A DNA stretch of 61,037 bases from Catajapyx aquilonaris (taxonomy: Eukaryota): the NCBI GenBank assembly GCA_000934665.2, contig KZ538574.1, positions 1 through 61,037 of the forward strand, written 5' to 3'. Shown piece by piece: positions 12,301-25,800 of this stretch. The notes beneath the pieces are model-generated. The model was given only the letters and a program-made list of their open reading frames with translations. It made no database searches and had not been told where the DNA came from. The position numbers and the translations under genes are program-made. Every line of letters starts with the position of its first letter. The stretch's first letter is position 1.

Positions 12301-15300
12301 TCGAGTATCTCATCGAGCAAGGAGCTGAGGTTAGCTGGACGGGGGGCGGTTACGATGGGATTTTGAAGGTCTACCTACAGTCAAATCGGTTTACAAGGAA
12401 TTTGAGGGGGATACCAAATTCGTTGTAAATGATGGCTTGAAGTGTAAAGCTAGTATTACCGTATCGCAATAAACGCTTCTCAGCAACTTGATAGAAACTG
12501 GTACGGACGCGGTATACAGTACTATACCACAGTGTCCTGGTTGTTCGTCCTCAGTTATCCTGACTCTCTACCACAACCAAAGTGCCTCTCTTGTGTGGAG
12601 CATTGCATACTTGGCAGGATATGCAGCTCCTGACTCTTGTCATGGCCCCCGAATTTCACAGCGTTTCAAATGCAGTAACTGCAGGTGGGACACGAAATAA
12701 TTTACTACATCTTCGGATATAATGTTTCGTAAGAGCACATTAGAAATAGGGAAGAAAAGTTAATGGAAATTCATTCTCTATGGATCTGATATTGAGTGTG
12801 ACCACTTCTTCTGTCTGGAACATTGTGCTAAGCGAACACTGACATTGTTGATTATTCGGTGGCATGCATTAATGATTATTTCGGTTTTTGTGGGGGAAAG
12901 AACTTGATGAAGAAATAGTGTTGCGCTCTCACACCGGCACTGATTCATTGTCATTTTCTGGCTCGGTGGTCGCATTATTTAAATGCAAGCACGCATTTTT
13001 CAGCAGAAGCCCGAAGCAATATCGCCACTAAGATTACTATTAGTTCAGACATACATATATATGTGACGAGGTATAGTGGGTATGTGCCGCCGAGTTATCA
13101 ATTATAATCAATAACAAGGGATGGTCATAATTCGCAAATAAGCTTTGTAAACCCTTTTACACTGCAAGCCCTCAAAATGGTTTGACTGTACTGTAGTTTA
13201 CATGTTTTAGGCTCTGATTAGGTTAAACATTTTTAGTGGAGAGGACGCTAAAGCAATCAGAGTAAGTACAAGTAGTACCTTACGTCACTTTATTGTACGT
13301 CGCAATAAAGTAGGTTCATTATGCTGTAGTATATTGCGATAGAGATTGTACTTCATGTTATTACTATAGGACCTTGTCATTATTACTGTTTAGCACCTAG
13401 AGAGCCTGAAGTATTGTAAATACTCGTAACTTCACAATCGCCACTGGTTGTCAAATGTGTCATTTTCCTGTGGCATGTACTCATTTCTTTGATGTGCCAA
13501 TTGTACACCTCAAGAGCATTGCTGTGCATGACTGTGAGTATCTAAGTGTTCTTTGACTTGTGCTATTGATGTCTCAGACTTTTGCCCACGGGCAGATGGA
13601 TGTTATGGATCGAGAACACCGATCCCCTCTCCTGCTGGCCGCTTCTCGCAGTGGGTGGCGCACAGTCGGGTCCCTTTTGCGCCTAGGGGCCAAGTCCACA
13701 CTGCGTGATGCCTCCCAACGCAACGTCCTTCACTTGGTAGTTATCAACGGAGGGAAACTTGAGGACTTTGCCTCAGATGTGGCCTCGACCCCGGAGGACC
13801 TGACAGCTCTCATGAACCAGAAAGACGAAAGCGGATGTGTTCCGTTGCATTACGCAAGCCAGGCGGGCCACTTGTTGGCCCTCAGGAACCTACTCAACTT
13901 AGGGGCAGCAATCAACTTGAAAAACAACAAGAGTGAAAATGCGTTGCATTTTGCAGCACGCTTTGGTCGGTACCACACAGCCGTGCAACTGCTGGACTCT
14001 GGGAAAGGAAGCATCATCATCAATGAGAGCGACGGTGATGGTCTCACTCCAATGCACATTGCGGCCAAGGAAGGGCACCTGAAGGTCCTCCAATTGCTTC
14101 TCAGCAGGGGGGCTCTGTTGCATAGAGACCATCTAGGACGTACTCCACTGCATCTGGCTTCCATGAAGGGCCATACTAACTGCATGGAGCTGCTTTTGAC
14201 CGTCCACATGTATCTGCTTGACCTGACCGACAAAGAAGGGGTAAGTATAACTCTGCAATATTGCACCAAGCCCCTCCCACATCACTCATTTACTATGCTT
14301 TCTAAACAAGTCATACCATACATCTGTGCATGACTAATAAATAGTTTTCTTTCACTAGAACACGGCTCTGCATATGGCTGCCATGGAGAACCGTCCCAAC
14401 TCAGCTACTCTCCTTCTGGCTGTGGGCTGTCGACTTGTTCAAAACATAAAGGGCCGCAGTCCTGTCGACTACGCCATCGTCTATAAGAACCCGGAAGTGG
14501 CCCTGGCCATGGTCACTGATACTACCAGGTCACCAACATCGATTCCTAGTGGTGCCAAAGGGAGATCCAAATGGGTGATATTCAAACTAGACCACAAACT
14601 ACTTCCATTGCGCTCATTTCCATATGGCTGACAGTTGGGGTCAATAGGATTTATCCGCAGCAAAAATTTTAAAAATCAGGAGCTATTGATTTCAGTCTGC
14701 ATGCATATGAAGTGATATAAGAGCTTACAGGAATTTTAGTCAGGTCAGCCAATCAAATGGGAACCATATCTTATTTGCAGTGGTCCTGTATTTGCCTGGC
14801 TGAGGACTGCCAAGTAAAGATTTCTCTGTAGTGTCCCAGCAAGCTTTACGTGCTTTTTTCTAAAATCAAATGAGTGTTTCCTATACAAGGCAGGTGTGGA
14901 TAACATGTATCATGCATTTTCGAGCAGGGCTGCTGAGGTGATGGCATTGCGTTCTGAGCGGTATCCCTGCGTCACCATAGCGCTGATTGCTTATATGCCC
15001 CGGGTGTTTGAGGCTGTGATGGACAGCTGCATTACTAAAGCAACCTGCAGACAAGATGCTAAGGAATACTTTGTGAGTATGCCACTGAATTGCTCATCCT
15101 CACTTGAGAGTTGTGCACTCTATACATCTTTCTTGCTCCTCTTCCGTCTTTGCTTCCCTCCTCGCTGTTTCTCTGCATCCTGACTTTCGCATCGGCCAGA
15201 TTAAATACACCTTCAAATGTCTGCAAATTCCACGTCCAGATGGAACCAAGGACGGCTCAGAATTAGACGAACTGGCTTGGATACCACTCCCAGCTCTTAC

Positions 15301-18300
15301 TGTAAGATGAACCTCAGACTCAGACGAGAAAGGAGGGTGCCATTTCCAGAGAACTACCTATTGCCAGACTCCAAATATCCATTAGAGAAAAAGATACAGT
15401 CGTGCCACTCCTGCACTCTTTCCTCTGCTTACTTTATGAGTAGTTGCGCTTTCTTCCACCATGCATGACTTGTGCAGGCTTCACTTGTGTCACATAAGTT
15501 ACTTTTGCACACAGTGTTATGCAGTGATATTTTGTACTCTTCACTTTATTGTCAGTGGTGTGAACAGAAAAAAGGTGAATAACCATTCCTGAAAAATGCT
15601 TTACACAGTTGATAAGAAACTCACATACTAAATATTAACAATGGCATTTGTATTCCACATTCAGCATATACTAGTTCTAGTAGTAAGTAGCACGAACTAA
15701 ATGTGTAACATTAGATTTGCATTAGATACTGCGTATAAGGATGGGCCTTTTGGTTGTCTGAATATGCACAAGATTGCATCATGTGACAATGTCAAGTCAG
15801 TTGAAAAATATTCGCTATTGACTATATCTTTTGTGACTTGACTTATGTTATGATGTGTAAAATGAACACTGGAAATCCCTGCAAGTCTTGATCATTTAAA
15901 TTTTTTCCAATGAATTATCAAAAGCGTTTTAAGGAAAGTTTAAGATATCTGCAATATATTAAACACAAGAATGTTTTCTTGCTGTAAAACATTACATAAT
16001 GAAAAGTCACGTATAGCAACAAGTACTGCTTGCTGTAATAAAATGGTAGCATTTCATGTCTTACAATATTTTTACAGTATTTTGGTCTTTGACTTCTAAG
16101 GTACCATATAAACCACTTTGCATAAGCTCTTGCACTTGCTGAGACACTTGAAAGCTAATATTGAACACATGTAAGGATCATGGAGTTAGATCGCTTTCCA
16201 CAGGTATTGTTATGTGCTGTAGATATTGATTTTTTGGTTCTTCCCTGGCCCCAATCCTACATTCCTTTTTCTTCCTGGTGAACCTTTTTCCCTCCAATGC
16301 CTACCAACAGGAAGTACGGTACGACTTCCGGTACTATCAGATGACTGCTGAGACTGTGGCTCTCTACCGCCGCATGATGAATGATCAGGAATGGCGCCCT
16401 CCTCCTCTCGCAACAATGAACGTGAGAAAGTTGGTGCTTGCCGTAGCATGATGCTTATTTCTGCACTGAAAAATATGCAAGATCGTTAATTTATTCTTGG
16501 TAAAGTTTGCCTGGAAATATAACACACTAATCTTTTCCTGCCATGAATTAGATAAAAACAAACACTCACCTGCACATATGGTAAGGTGGAGCATCTTACG
16601 AGTATCATGTTTCACCAGTAAATGCCAGTGGATAATTATTGCACTACAACATATGAACATTGTCCATAAAATAATGAGGAAACTACCAAACCATGCACGC
16701 AATATTGCCTATTAACTTTGGTCAGCTGTAACTTAATATTTTTAAGAAATATTGGAATGATATTGTTTGAATTCCATTTTATTTGCTTCCAGTAATAAAA
16801 TTTTTCGCATCAGCTACCCTCCTCTTAGCCATGTGATTGTATTCATCACATTATAGTCTACCTATGATTGAAAAAAATAATAATAACCCTGGCATAGAAT
16901 ACAAGCAAAGTGAACCTGTTAATGCACAATCATGGCAAGAAAATGTTAGAAAGATGTTCATATCATGTACCCTATATGTCATTTTGTTCACTTCTTAAAA
17001 TTCAATTTTTTGTCATATATAGGTAGAATTGGCCATTTGATTTTGAATTCATCATCTTAAATTTTTTGTGAGATTTAGAGTTAGATAATTTTCCCTGTAG
17101 CACATAATAATCTTGACAAGAAAGGTATAAATAAGTTACGTAATTTTGCGCAGTTTTAGCCAAGACTACCGACACACTTTCCCTCCACATTGGCACATGT
17201 AACAAAACAGGCAATGGTGTCCCATGGACGAGTGGACTTGCTAGCCCACCCACTGAGCCAGAAGTACCTGCAGATGAAGTGGAATGCATATGGGAAGTAC
17301 TTCCATGTGGCCAACCTCATCCTCTACCTCCTCTACCTGTTTTTTGTCACCTGGTATGGAGCCCAGCTGATGGGTGTGGATGAGAGCGAGCTGAAGGCTG
17401 CCCAGGAGTTGATTGTGGTGGCCAGGGATGTGCATGATCCGATCCGTTTTTCCCTCTCTGAAAATGATACCTCTGTCAACGGCACCTTGATTTGGGAAGA
17501 CGTGGGAAGTACCACTGCAGCCATGGATGAGGACCAACAAACCAAGGGTCGCGAGATGACAGGAACTCCCATGATTTACATCAGTGCTGTGGTGGTGCTG
17601 GTTTTCATGGGTGTCAACACTATACGTGAGCTCATGCAGCTGGAGCAGCAGCGAGTCAGGTATTACTCACTGGGTACTGAGTGCTGCATTCAAATAATTG
17701 CAAAATGACATGAGAAAGAATATGCCACTTGTGCTGTGACAGAAAGTAATGAAACCATTATTAAATATTATGGTTTCAATTAAGAATTGCTCTCATGGTG
17801 AGTAAATCTTCTGCAAGTGCTGGAGGCACAAAATTTGTGGATATAATGAACCATGGCGTTCATGTGGTAATTAAAACTAAGTAGCAGTAACATTTTGTAA
17901 TACTGGACATGTTTCTTTGTATGGTAAAGTCTTTTATGTCCATAAATTTAACCAATTATGAGCTTCCCAAATAACTTGGTCTAATATATTGTCTAGGTAC
18001 TTCGTGGATCCTCTTAACTTGATGGCCTGGGTGCTGAACTTTACTACTGCAGCCATGGCATCAGCTGTGTTTCTTGGCCATGCCCAACCATACCACTTTT
18101 CATGTGCATCGGTAGCAGTGTTTGTTTCATGGTTCTACCTCCTGCTGTACCTTCAGCGCTTTGACAAAGTTGGAATCTATGTGGTAATGTTTCTGGAGAT
18201 CCTCTCTACCCTGCTGAAGGTGCTGGCTGTTTTTTCCCTGCTGATTGTTGCCTTTGGACTGGCCTTCCACATCCTGCTGGCCCAGGGACATCACTTGGCT

Positions 18301-19475
18301 TTCTCTACCATTCCACTCAGCCTTCTCCGAACCTTCTCCATGATGCTTGGGGAGATGGACTTTTTGGCCACATTCATCCACCCACTGTTTGATGAGGAAA
18401 ATGTGAAGACAGCACATCGGGGAGGACAAAAGACCACTATGCCTTTTCCTGCACCCACCTATATGATGCTGGGACTCTTCATGATCCTCATGCCCATCCT
18501 ACTCATGAATTTACTCATTGGCTTGGCTGTTGGGGATATTGAGAGTGTCAGGCGAAATGCACAGATGAAGCGACTGGCTATGCAGGTGCAGACAAAATCA
18601 TGAGTTTTTAAATGACACCATCATTAGTGATGGGCATTTCCACACTAATTTTCTTAGTCCTTTGTATTTTAAGTAAAGTAAATGAAGTTCTGAAAGACAG
18701 AACAATCAGAGTCACAGTCTAATTATTTTGAGATATCAAGGTTTTAAGTTTGAAGAAATTTGAATTACAATATCATACTAAGTTTTAATGACCTTTTTAA
18801 TTGTGAAAATTGAGATTGTTTCATCTGTTTCAATTTTTAAAAACTCCAACCTCAAAATGCCTAACACTACTACTTAGCACACCTCAGAGAATTTTCATGT
18901 AAATAATTCCAAGCAATATGGTAAGTGCAGGTGGAGCTTCACTCAGAGCTGGAGCAGCGCCTCCCACAAAGAATCCTGGAGAAGGTGGACCGTGCAGAGG
19001 TGGTTGACTATCCCAATGCTACAAAGATCCCCATCGGATGCCTCGAGAATATTCTTAAGCGCTTCTTCTCCAGGACATACCACGATGCAAGTGAGTATTT
19101 GAATTCCCGATACCTTTGAGTACCCAAGAGCAGACTCCTGTCTAAGTGAATTGGGGGTCTTTGCGCCTCAACCATTTTCCCACATGAGCTGGCGATACAG
19201 GGAACGACCTCTCCCAAGATTACATATGCGAGCAGATGGAGGAACACTCTACCAAACTGCGAGATATTGCACTTGCAGTAGAGACTGAGCACCGTCTGCT
19301 GAAGCTCATCCTGCAGAAGATGGAGATTAGGAATGAGGCAGAGTATGAGGATGAGGGCGTGAAGAATATAGACTTGGCCAGCTCCACAGGCGCCGGCTCC
19401 AAGTGGAGCACTGCAGGGGTATCCAAGACCTTGAGGGACATCCAAGCTTCACACAAGGGAATGGGCTCACGTTGA
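397..19475 (+). CDS. TrpA1: Transient receptor potential channel A1 (ankyrin repeats + 6-TM channel), ~1243 aa
   Basis: Phase-consistent GT-AG exons 397-528, 1767-1928, 6401-6557, 6821-7110, 11874-12329, 13596-14240, 14359-14528, 14928-15072, 15200-15301 (or 16311-16421), 17211-17659, 17997-18585, 18931-19090, 19201-19475. Motifs: DSEGNVPLHSAVHGGD, HPLSQKYLQMKW, MPILLMNLLIGLAVGDIESVRRNA. Start is uncertain: the frame is open back to an acceptor at 191. Confidence 0.95.
625..1567. mobile_element. Non-autonomous Tc1/mariner/pogo-type element in a TRPA1 intron
   Basis: TA|GGGGAGACTGGGGCACAGTGGACCAC ... GTGGTCCACTGTGCCCCGGTCTCCCC|TA. Internal GGGGCACAGTGG copies and ~95-bp tandem units at about 1074-1325. 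Confidence 0.85.
4980..5093 (+). CDS. Candidate alternative N-terminal exon of TRPA1
   Basis: ATG at 4980, peptide ends SRSSTRRISVTDFFD, then donor GAT|GTGGGC in phase 0, compatible with the acceptor at 6400. Resembles the recalled end of the Drosophila short N-terminus (SSTPKIPIVDYLE). Confidence 0.45.
5322..5526. repeat. Degenerate inverted repeat (old MITE)
   Basis: GTTGATGGATTGGTCATGCCTGG pairs with CCAGGGATGACCAATCTATCAAC, with weaker outer pairing. Confidence 0.5.
7251..7516. mobile_element. Palindromic Tc1/mariner-type MITE
   Basis: TA|CAGGGTGTTAATCCTAAG ... CTTAGGATTAACACCCTG|TA with ~105-bp near-perfect arms. Confidence 0.9.
8169..11372 (+). CDS. Type I phosphatidylinositol-4-phosphate 5-kinase-like, ~411 aa, nested in a TRPA1 intron
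   Basis: Exons 8169-8792 and 10761-11372 (GC-AG intron) give NPGASGS, IVKT, YDLK|GSTF, MDYSLL, GIIDILQ and LEHYWKAL with no stops. Alternative in-frame ATG at 8064. Confidence 0.9.
8893..9789. mobile_element. Non-autonomous piggyBac-type element in the PIP5K intron
   Basis: TTAA|CCTCCTGAGACCCG ... CGGGTCTCAGGAGG|TTAA. Confidence 0.85.
16311..16421 (+). CDS. TrpA1: TRPA1 mutually exclusive alternative exon (ankyrin-TM linker)
   Basis: CAG|GAA...AAC|GTGAGA, 111 nt, phase 0/0. Encodes EVRYDFRYYQMTAETVALYRRMMNDQEWRPPPLATMN; same position and phases as exon 15200-15301. Confidence 0.85.
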
Positions 19476-20059
19476 ATAGCAGCCATCAGTCACAGAAATT
19501 AAGTATACCAGTATTACAATCAGAGGGCATGGCTTTGTGCCTCTGGTGCAGTGTTTGGGAGTTAAGTAGAATCAATATTCATTACTAGTAACTACTTACT
19601 TCTTGAGTATTGTATTGTTGTTGCTTCCGAATTGTGCAAGTATTTAGTAACTAGGGCCTAGTTACATTTAGAAGTAATGACAACTGGCCTACTTAATTAT
19701 TTAATTTTTCAACACTTTTGTAATTTTTGCGCCTGATAGTCCTGATAAATCACTAATAACCGATAATAATTGCTTGGCATTGCTGTGACGTAAACAAAAA
19801 ATTCCAGGATTGTTTGTCATTTTTTTGTTATAAATTATTGAAGTAGTGGTAACAGTAACAGTGTAGCAGTAACCAGACATGATTACTGTTAAAATAATTT
19901 TGTGACTGTCATGACTCATGAGCCACTTTTTAAATGTAATCTCCCTGATACAGGAGACAACTCATGAGAAACCCATGAAACTCATCTTCAGTCCTTCTTC
20001 ATCAGTATATTCATTCCTAGTCATTGGTATGTAATTGAAAGAGGCACAGAATTAGAAGT

Positions 20060-20270
20060 GGGCAATTCCACGAAAGGCGGCCATATTGTCCGTACGTAAC
20101 GCAGGTTTTGCAGACATGTACTAGCGTATTTTATTGTAACAATACCCACACATTACATGAAATGGATTAAGCATGCAGTGCATGCATCCTGGCATTGTTA
20201 TAATAAAATACTCTTGTGCACGTAGGCAACACTTGCGTTACGTACGGACGGCTGCGCCATGGAATTGCCC
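20060..20270. mobile_element. MITE with GGG termini and 4-bp TSD (Sola2-like)
   Basis: AAGT|GGGCAATTCCA ... TGGAATTGCCC|AAGT, with inner GTCCGTACGTAACGCA inverted pair. Confidence 0.75.
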
Positions 20271-21333
20271 AAGTATAAGCAACACCAGAGCATGATGAAA
20301 TTGACTTACCTATTAAAACTTCAGCAACTACCCCTTCTAATGGAAATGTCATGATGGTGTAGTACAGTAGTTTTGTTAAAACTTAATAAGAAAGTAACAC
20401 GGATGAAGTCCCACCTGAATAGAAGAATGGTTGCTCTGTGGCATAAAAATCGTGCACTCTATAGCTGAGAACCTGTATTCTTACATGAGTGTTCTTTGTA
20501 GCTCTGGAGTAGTGATAATCAGTTAAGAATGGGGATAGGAAAAGTGATGTTGGAAACTGTCCCAGCATTTTCTTATAAATTGCCCCCAAAAATCACACAT
20601 GTACAGTATATCAATACAGTATCTCTACATGTGGGAGTCAAATGCAGTTAGGACCATCTGACATTCCATTATATTAGACTGCCTCAGTCAGTTTTTGCAT
20701 TAATGTGGGTGAAGATGTGTGGTGCAAAAAGGAAGGCTGTCTTCTGAGCAGGTATGACACTATAGTGCATAATTATATTACCAATAGGAAGGCACAAGCC
20801 CAATTATTATCAAAGCTGTCCCTTTATGCATAAAGAAAGGGAGTAATCAATCACATGGACCTGTTTAAAAACTTCCTCATTCATGAATGGTGATCTAGAG
20901 CATGTTAAATGGGGAAATTGGGGCTAGGTGACTTTGCTAAGAAGTGACTTTCCCTCATGTTAATGCAGTTACTTGACTATACCCTGCAGGGTCGAAATAC
21001 TGCCTGTGAAGTTCCGCAATTGTATGTCAATTTCATCATGCTCAGGAAGAGGAATAACTTTTTGATTACCCCTTCTGTATCTTTATGACAGGACCCTAAC
21101 ATACAAAATGGCAATTGTGCATCTGCTGTGATCTTGGATAGTAATGACTGTTGAGGTAACCTGCATATTCCACCTACTACTCACTTGTCAGCCACAAATC
21201 AACAGCATATAATTATGCTGTAATGCTGCTAATTCAGGGTGGACATGGAATTTATTGCACTACATCCTGTAACTTGTGGCATTGAAATGTGAATTCAACA
21301 TGCTCAAGCTGCAACACTGCATCTTCCTGCATT

Positions 21334-21565
21334 GCTCTGCTGTCAGATCCAAGAAGACCGGAACTCAGAACTAGTAAGGGTGAAAGTCGCATGCGTAATC
21401 CCCCCTGACTCACTTGTCAGAGGGGATTAGTGCAGGGTATATGCATGTGACTTTCACCCTTACTAGTTTTTGAGTTCCGGTCTTCTTACATCTCATTGGC
21501 GCGGGGCCTTTATGGTCGGGTCGCCGTAACTCTGACACTGGTCTTCTTACATCTGACGGCAGTGC
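21334..21565. repeat. Foldback MITE-like element downstream of the TRPA1 stop
   Basis: AAGAAGACCGGAACTCAGAACTAGTAAGGGTGAAAGTC pairs with GACTTTCACCCTTACTAGTTTTTGAGTTCCGGTCTTCTT; outer CTGCTGTCAGAT / ATCTGACGGCAG. Confidence 0.65.
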
Positions 21566-22883
21566 TCGCTGTGTGCTGGAATTGCTGAGTGGAAAGAAGA
21601 CATATCTTTTGCTTTGTTCGAGGGTATCTGTTCCAAGGTTGCAGCAGACGTATGGGCTTGTTTGCTGGGGCTACACCTGGATCAAGGATACAAAATCATA
21701 GTGTGTGAAGTATTTTTTCACTTTGTGAATGGTTCTTGTGTAACTTATGTTCACACTTGTGCTAAAACTTTTTCAGTAATGCCATACATAAAGTATAGTA
21801 CATAAAGGGTGGGAAGTAGATAATTTTGTTTGTTAAGAGCTCACAAGCTAATTAAGCTCTTAAGTCTTGTAAGGGAATGCCACTTGCTACAATGTCACCT
21901 TTGCTTAGGTCAACATCAGCGATTGTAAAACAGCTGGTCCCACTTTGATGCTATTTGTAAGCTACCTTCTCATAATAATTCAGGGGGAAATCAACATACA
22001 TGAGTTACACATGGACATGAAGCCAATTGGAATTCAAATGAATATATTGTGCAGGTGGTAATTCCCTATGCCAAAGAGTGGAGTTTTCAATTACTTGGAC
22101 ACCTAGTCATGTGTAGTTTAGAGAAAAATTATTGCATGTTAGTTACTCATTTTTAGATAGGTCCCCATGAATTGCTGGGACCCAACTCATTCTTCCAATG
22201 TTCACTCCGTCCAATTAACAGGACTCCAAGTGAAGTTACATAGATTATGGTGGATACATGTTTACAAGGAAGCTTTCTGGTAAATTCCATACTTTCCATT
22301 GTAAAGAGGTCAAGTGCCTAATTATGAATGTTCAAAAAATTGTCATTATTTTTCCATTACCAGATGATAATTAGCCAGAGGCAGGTTTATTTTTAAAACG
22401 TGTTTGTCATTGTCAGAAAGCACTTGGTTATTGTACTGCTCTGTAATGCAATGTTGTCAGTTACATTTACTTTCAGCCTCATGTTAACTCTCTGCTATTT
22501 CCAGTTACAAACTGTGAGCTAAATTTCTGTCCACATGAGAGCAAGTTAGTTTGTGGTGCATTGCATTAGTTATAGCATTAGCAATTTATTGATTGCATTA
22601 GGGTAGATAAATTGGGCCCTAATAGCCTGACATTTTTTTTCCGTAGCACCAGTGCACTCTCATGTGATTGTTGTTTTGGAGTTTGAAATATGTACTGATA
22701 ACAGTGTTCCATTAAAACGTGCCATTTGGCAGGAATAAAATGCCAAAGTCACCAGTTGTGGGTACAATTTATTGAAACAAATTGCTACACAAAAAGGTTA
22801 ATGGTTAACAATATGGGTGTAAACATGCCCAAAAAATGCAAAAAAAAAAGAGGGTAAAATGATAACAAAATGTCATGGAATGA

Positions 22884-25800
22884 TCACGATAAGAGAACAC
22901 TCTTGTCATTAAGCACAGAGGCTAAAAGGTTAACATCCTTTAGGGCAAGCTTGACCTCCTCCTCATCCATCCGGAGAGAGATCTTCCTCATCCTTACCTC
23001 CTTGTGAGCCTTGATGTTGATCACTCCCTTGCTCTCCACTAGCTGGCAAAGGCCAAAGAAGTCAGATGCAGCAGAAGTTAGGTTGCGCTTCTTACACACC
23101 CTCGAATACACCTCCATCAGCTATACAAAATTGGAAAAAGGGGAGGAATAAGTCGCTGAAAAACCTGTACCATGAGAGTCATGCTCATGTTACAGACAAA
23201 GTAAAAGTTGGTTTCATTCGAAATGCAATCAACTGTACAAAATCAAAATTCAGTGGACTTATTACAGAAATCTGAAATCCCAACACTGACAACAGTCAAA
23301 GAAATATTCTCAACTCACTTTGGAAACTGTGACCTCCTTCCCACGTCCATTCTTTGCAACTAACAACAAGGTAGCAACCAGAAACTTCTCATGTAGTGGA
23401 AGGGACAATCCTCCATTGTTTCCATCGCTACTGCCATTGTTTCCAGCAAGACGATTTCCGTACACCTCATTCATGACCCTCAGAATGTGCGGGAGGGACA
23501 CTGGTGTGATTGGTTGACCTTGTTGGATATGCTTCTTGGAAGGGCTACCAGGATTGCAACCTAACAGACACCAACCAATTAGAATTGAACATTGCGTGTT
23601 TCATGCAATCACTCATGCACAGCTAATGCTCACCATCATCAGAAGTAAGCTTGAGGACTTGCTGTTTCCTGAGGTCACTCTCCACAACTTCCACAGCCCT
23701 CCGGCAGACATCCAGTGCCTTCCGGGCATCGCCTGAGGAAGAAGCTATCTTTCCAGCCAGATACTGAACAGCAGCAGGTTTCAGAACCTCCCCTTCTCCC
23801 TTCTGGGGACTATCAGTCTGCTTGACCCTATCGGTGATGATCTGCACTATTTCGTCCTTGGTGTAAGGTCGGAAGTGAAGGAGCTCAGGGCGGAGTTCGG
23901 GAAGAGCCTGGAGTCGGGGAAGGATGCGGTCAGTCAGGTCAAGGGCATTCGCAATGCCCACCAGAACCAGGTTGGCAGAGGGGAGTGAGGGCCACTCAAA
24001 TACTGTGTACAGGACAGAATGGGAGTGGGTATCCAGCTGGTCCAGTTCATCTAGCACTAACAAGCTGCAAAAGAAGGAGAGAAATGATTGTTGTAGTGAA
24101 TGATATTTAGTTTCAAATTTAAACACTGGCACTGAGAGACAGGACAATAAATGAAATGTCATTAATGCAATCAGATAATTCAATGGTGCTTCAATTCATA
24201 GATAGTAATGTTCCTCAACCATTGACGTACAATTTCACATGCTTTTCTAGGTGACTAAGGCTGGTGTTATTTTCTGGTCCCCAGTGTTCTAAATTAATGA
24301 GGTTTCACTTGAGGTTTCACTGTTGTATTCCTGATAATAATTAGTTATCTATCCAATCCACTGGGTACTTACATCTTTGAGGAAGAAGAAATTTTCTTGA
24401 CAATGTGCCTGAGTGACTCTCGTTCTGTCTTTCCTTGAAAGGATGGGTCAAGACTCTTTGCAATCTTGGCGTAAATGGCAGATGAGCTTTTCAGTGACAT
24501 ACAGTTGATGAATATCTTCTTGAACATGGTGTTGAACTGTAGGATGCAAAATATGTTCTTAGTAACAACAAAGATCAAGTTACTCCTGACAAGTCATCAA
24601 ATCAAAATCAATCATATCAAAAGTCAAAAATATGCCACGTATTAACATCAAACTGTTTGGAACATACAGTACTTTACACCAATGACGGACTTTCTTCAAA
24701 CCAAGTACTTAACACACACATGGCGATGGCATACAATGATCTCCAATCCCTTACATACCTCTACATTATCCAGGACATATTGAAGGGTTGTTGTCTTTCC
24801 TGTACCAGGTGCTCCAGATATGTAAAGACTGCCAGGAATGCCACCCTCTAAATGCCGCCTCAGGAATTCAGTGACATCACCAATCTGACGCTCACGACAA
24901 ACCAGCTGCAGTGGGGCGGATGTATGCAAAGCCTTCTTTGTGGACTCATAAGGTGACACTGAATATGAAAGTTCATGTAATTTGAACCCTCTAATCATGC
25001 AGGAAGGTCTCAGATTTCATGTGGACTCTGTGAGACTTTAAGATGATTCATCATCTCTCACTACTCCTGGTCAGCAGTAGATTCTTGAGGTGCATTTACA
25101 TGTGAGCGATTTGATCGTGTGATGTCATCCCCGGTGGTAACCCGTATCGTTTGAGGCAAAAATAGATTGTTATTTTTGCCTCAATCAATATTGGTTACCT
25201 CCCTCCACGATGACTTCACTTGTCAAATCCCTCACATGTAAACAGGGCTTTATGCTTTTTGCAACAGTCAGCACCAGGTTATCTGGGGTCTAGTTAGCCA
25301 CAGTTTCAAGATTACATAAATACTGTACAAAATGAAAATATGGCATTTTAAAGGTGCATTTACATGTGAGCGATTTGGGAAGCGAAGTAACCAATATTGT
25401 TTGAGGTGAAAGTAACAATAGATTTTCGCCTCAAACAATACTGGTCACTTGGGTTACTCAGTGACGTTACCGATGAGCGAAGACTTCGCTCATGAAATCA
25501 CTCACTTGTAAATGCACCTTCAATCATCCAGCAGTTATCCCGCATTAGTTCCTATTCAATAAAAATATACGCACCGTCTGGCTGGAAAAGCCTCACGGGA
25601 GTCAACTTCCTGGAAGCAGGGCTGCCCAACTTGAGCCTGGACATGAGCGTTGACGGACTGGCCCTGACAAACTCCGGGCTCTTTTTAGACTTCTTGGATG
25701 GTGAGTCCTCCGCTTCGTCTGCCTCTGCACCTGCAACCGTCCCATCCCTGGGTCGCTTGGTGGCAGGCGACTTGGGTCCCACAGCATTGAACTCCCCAAG

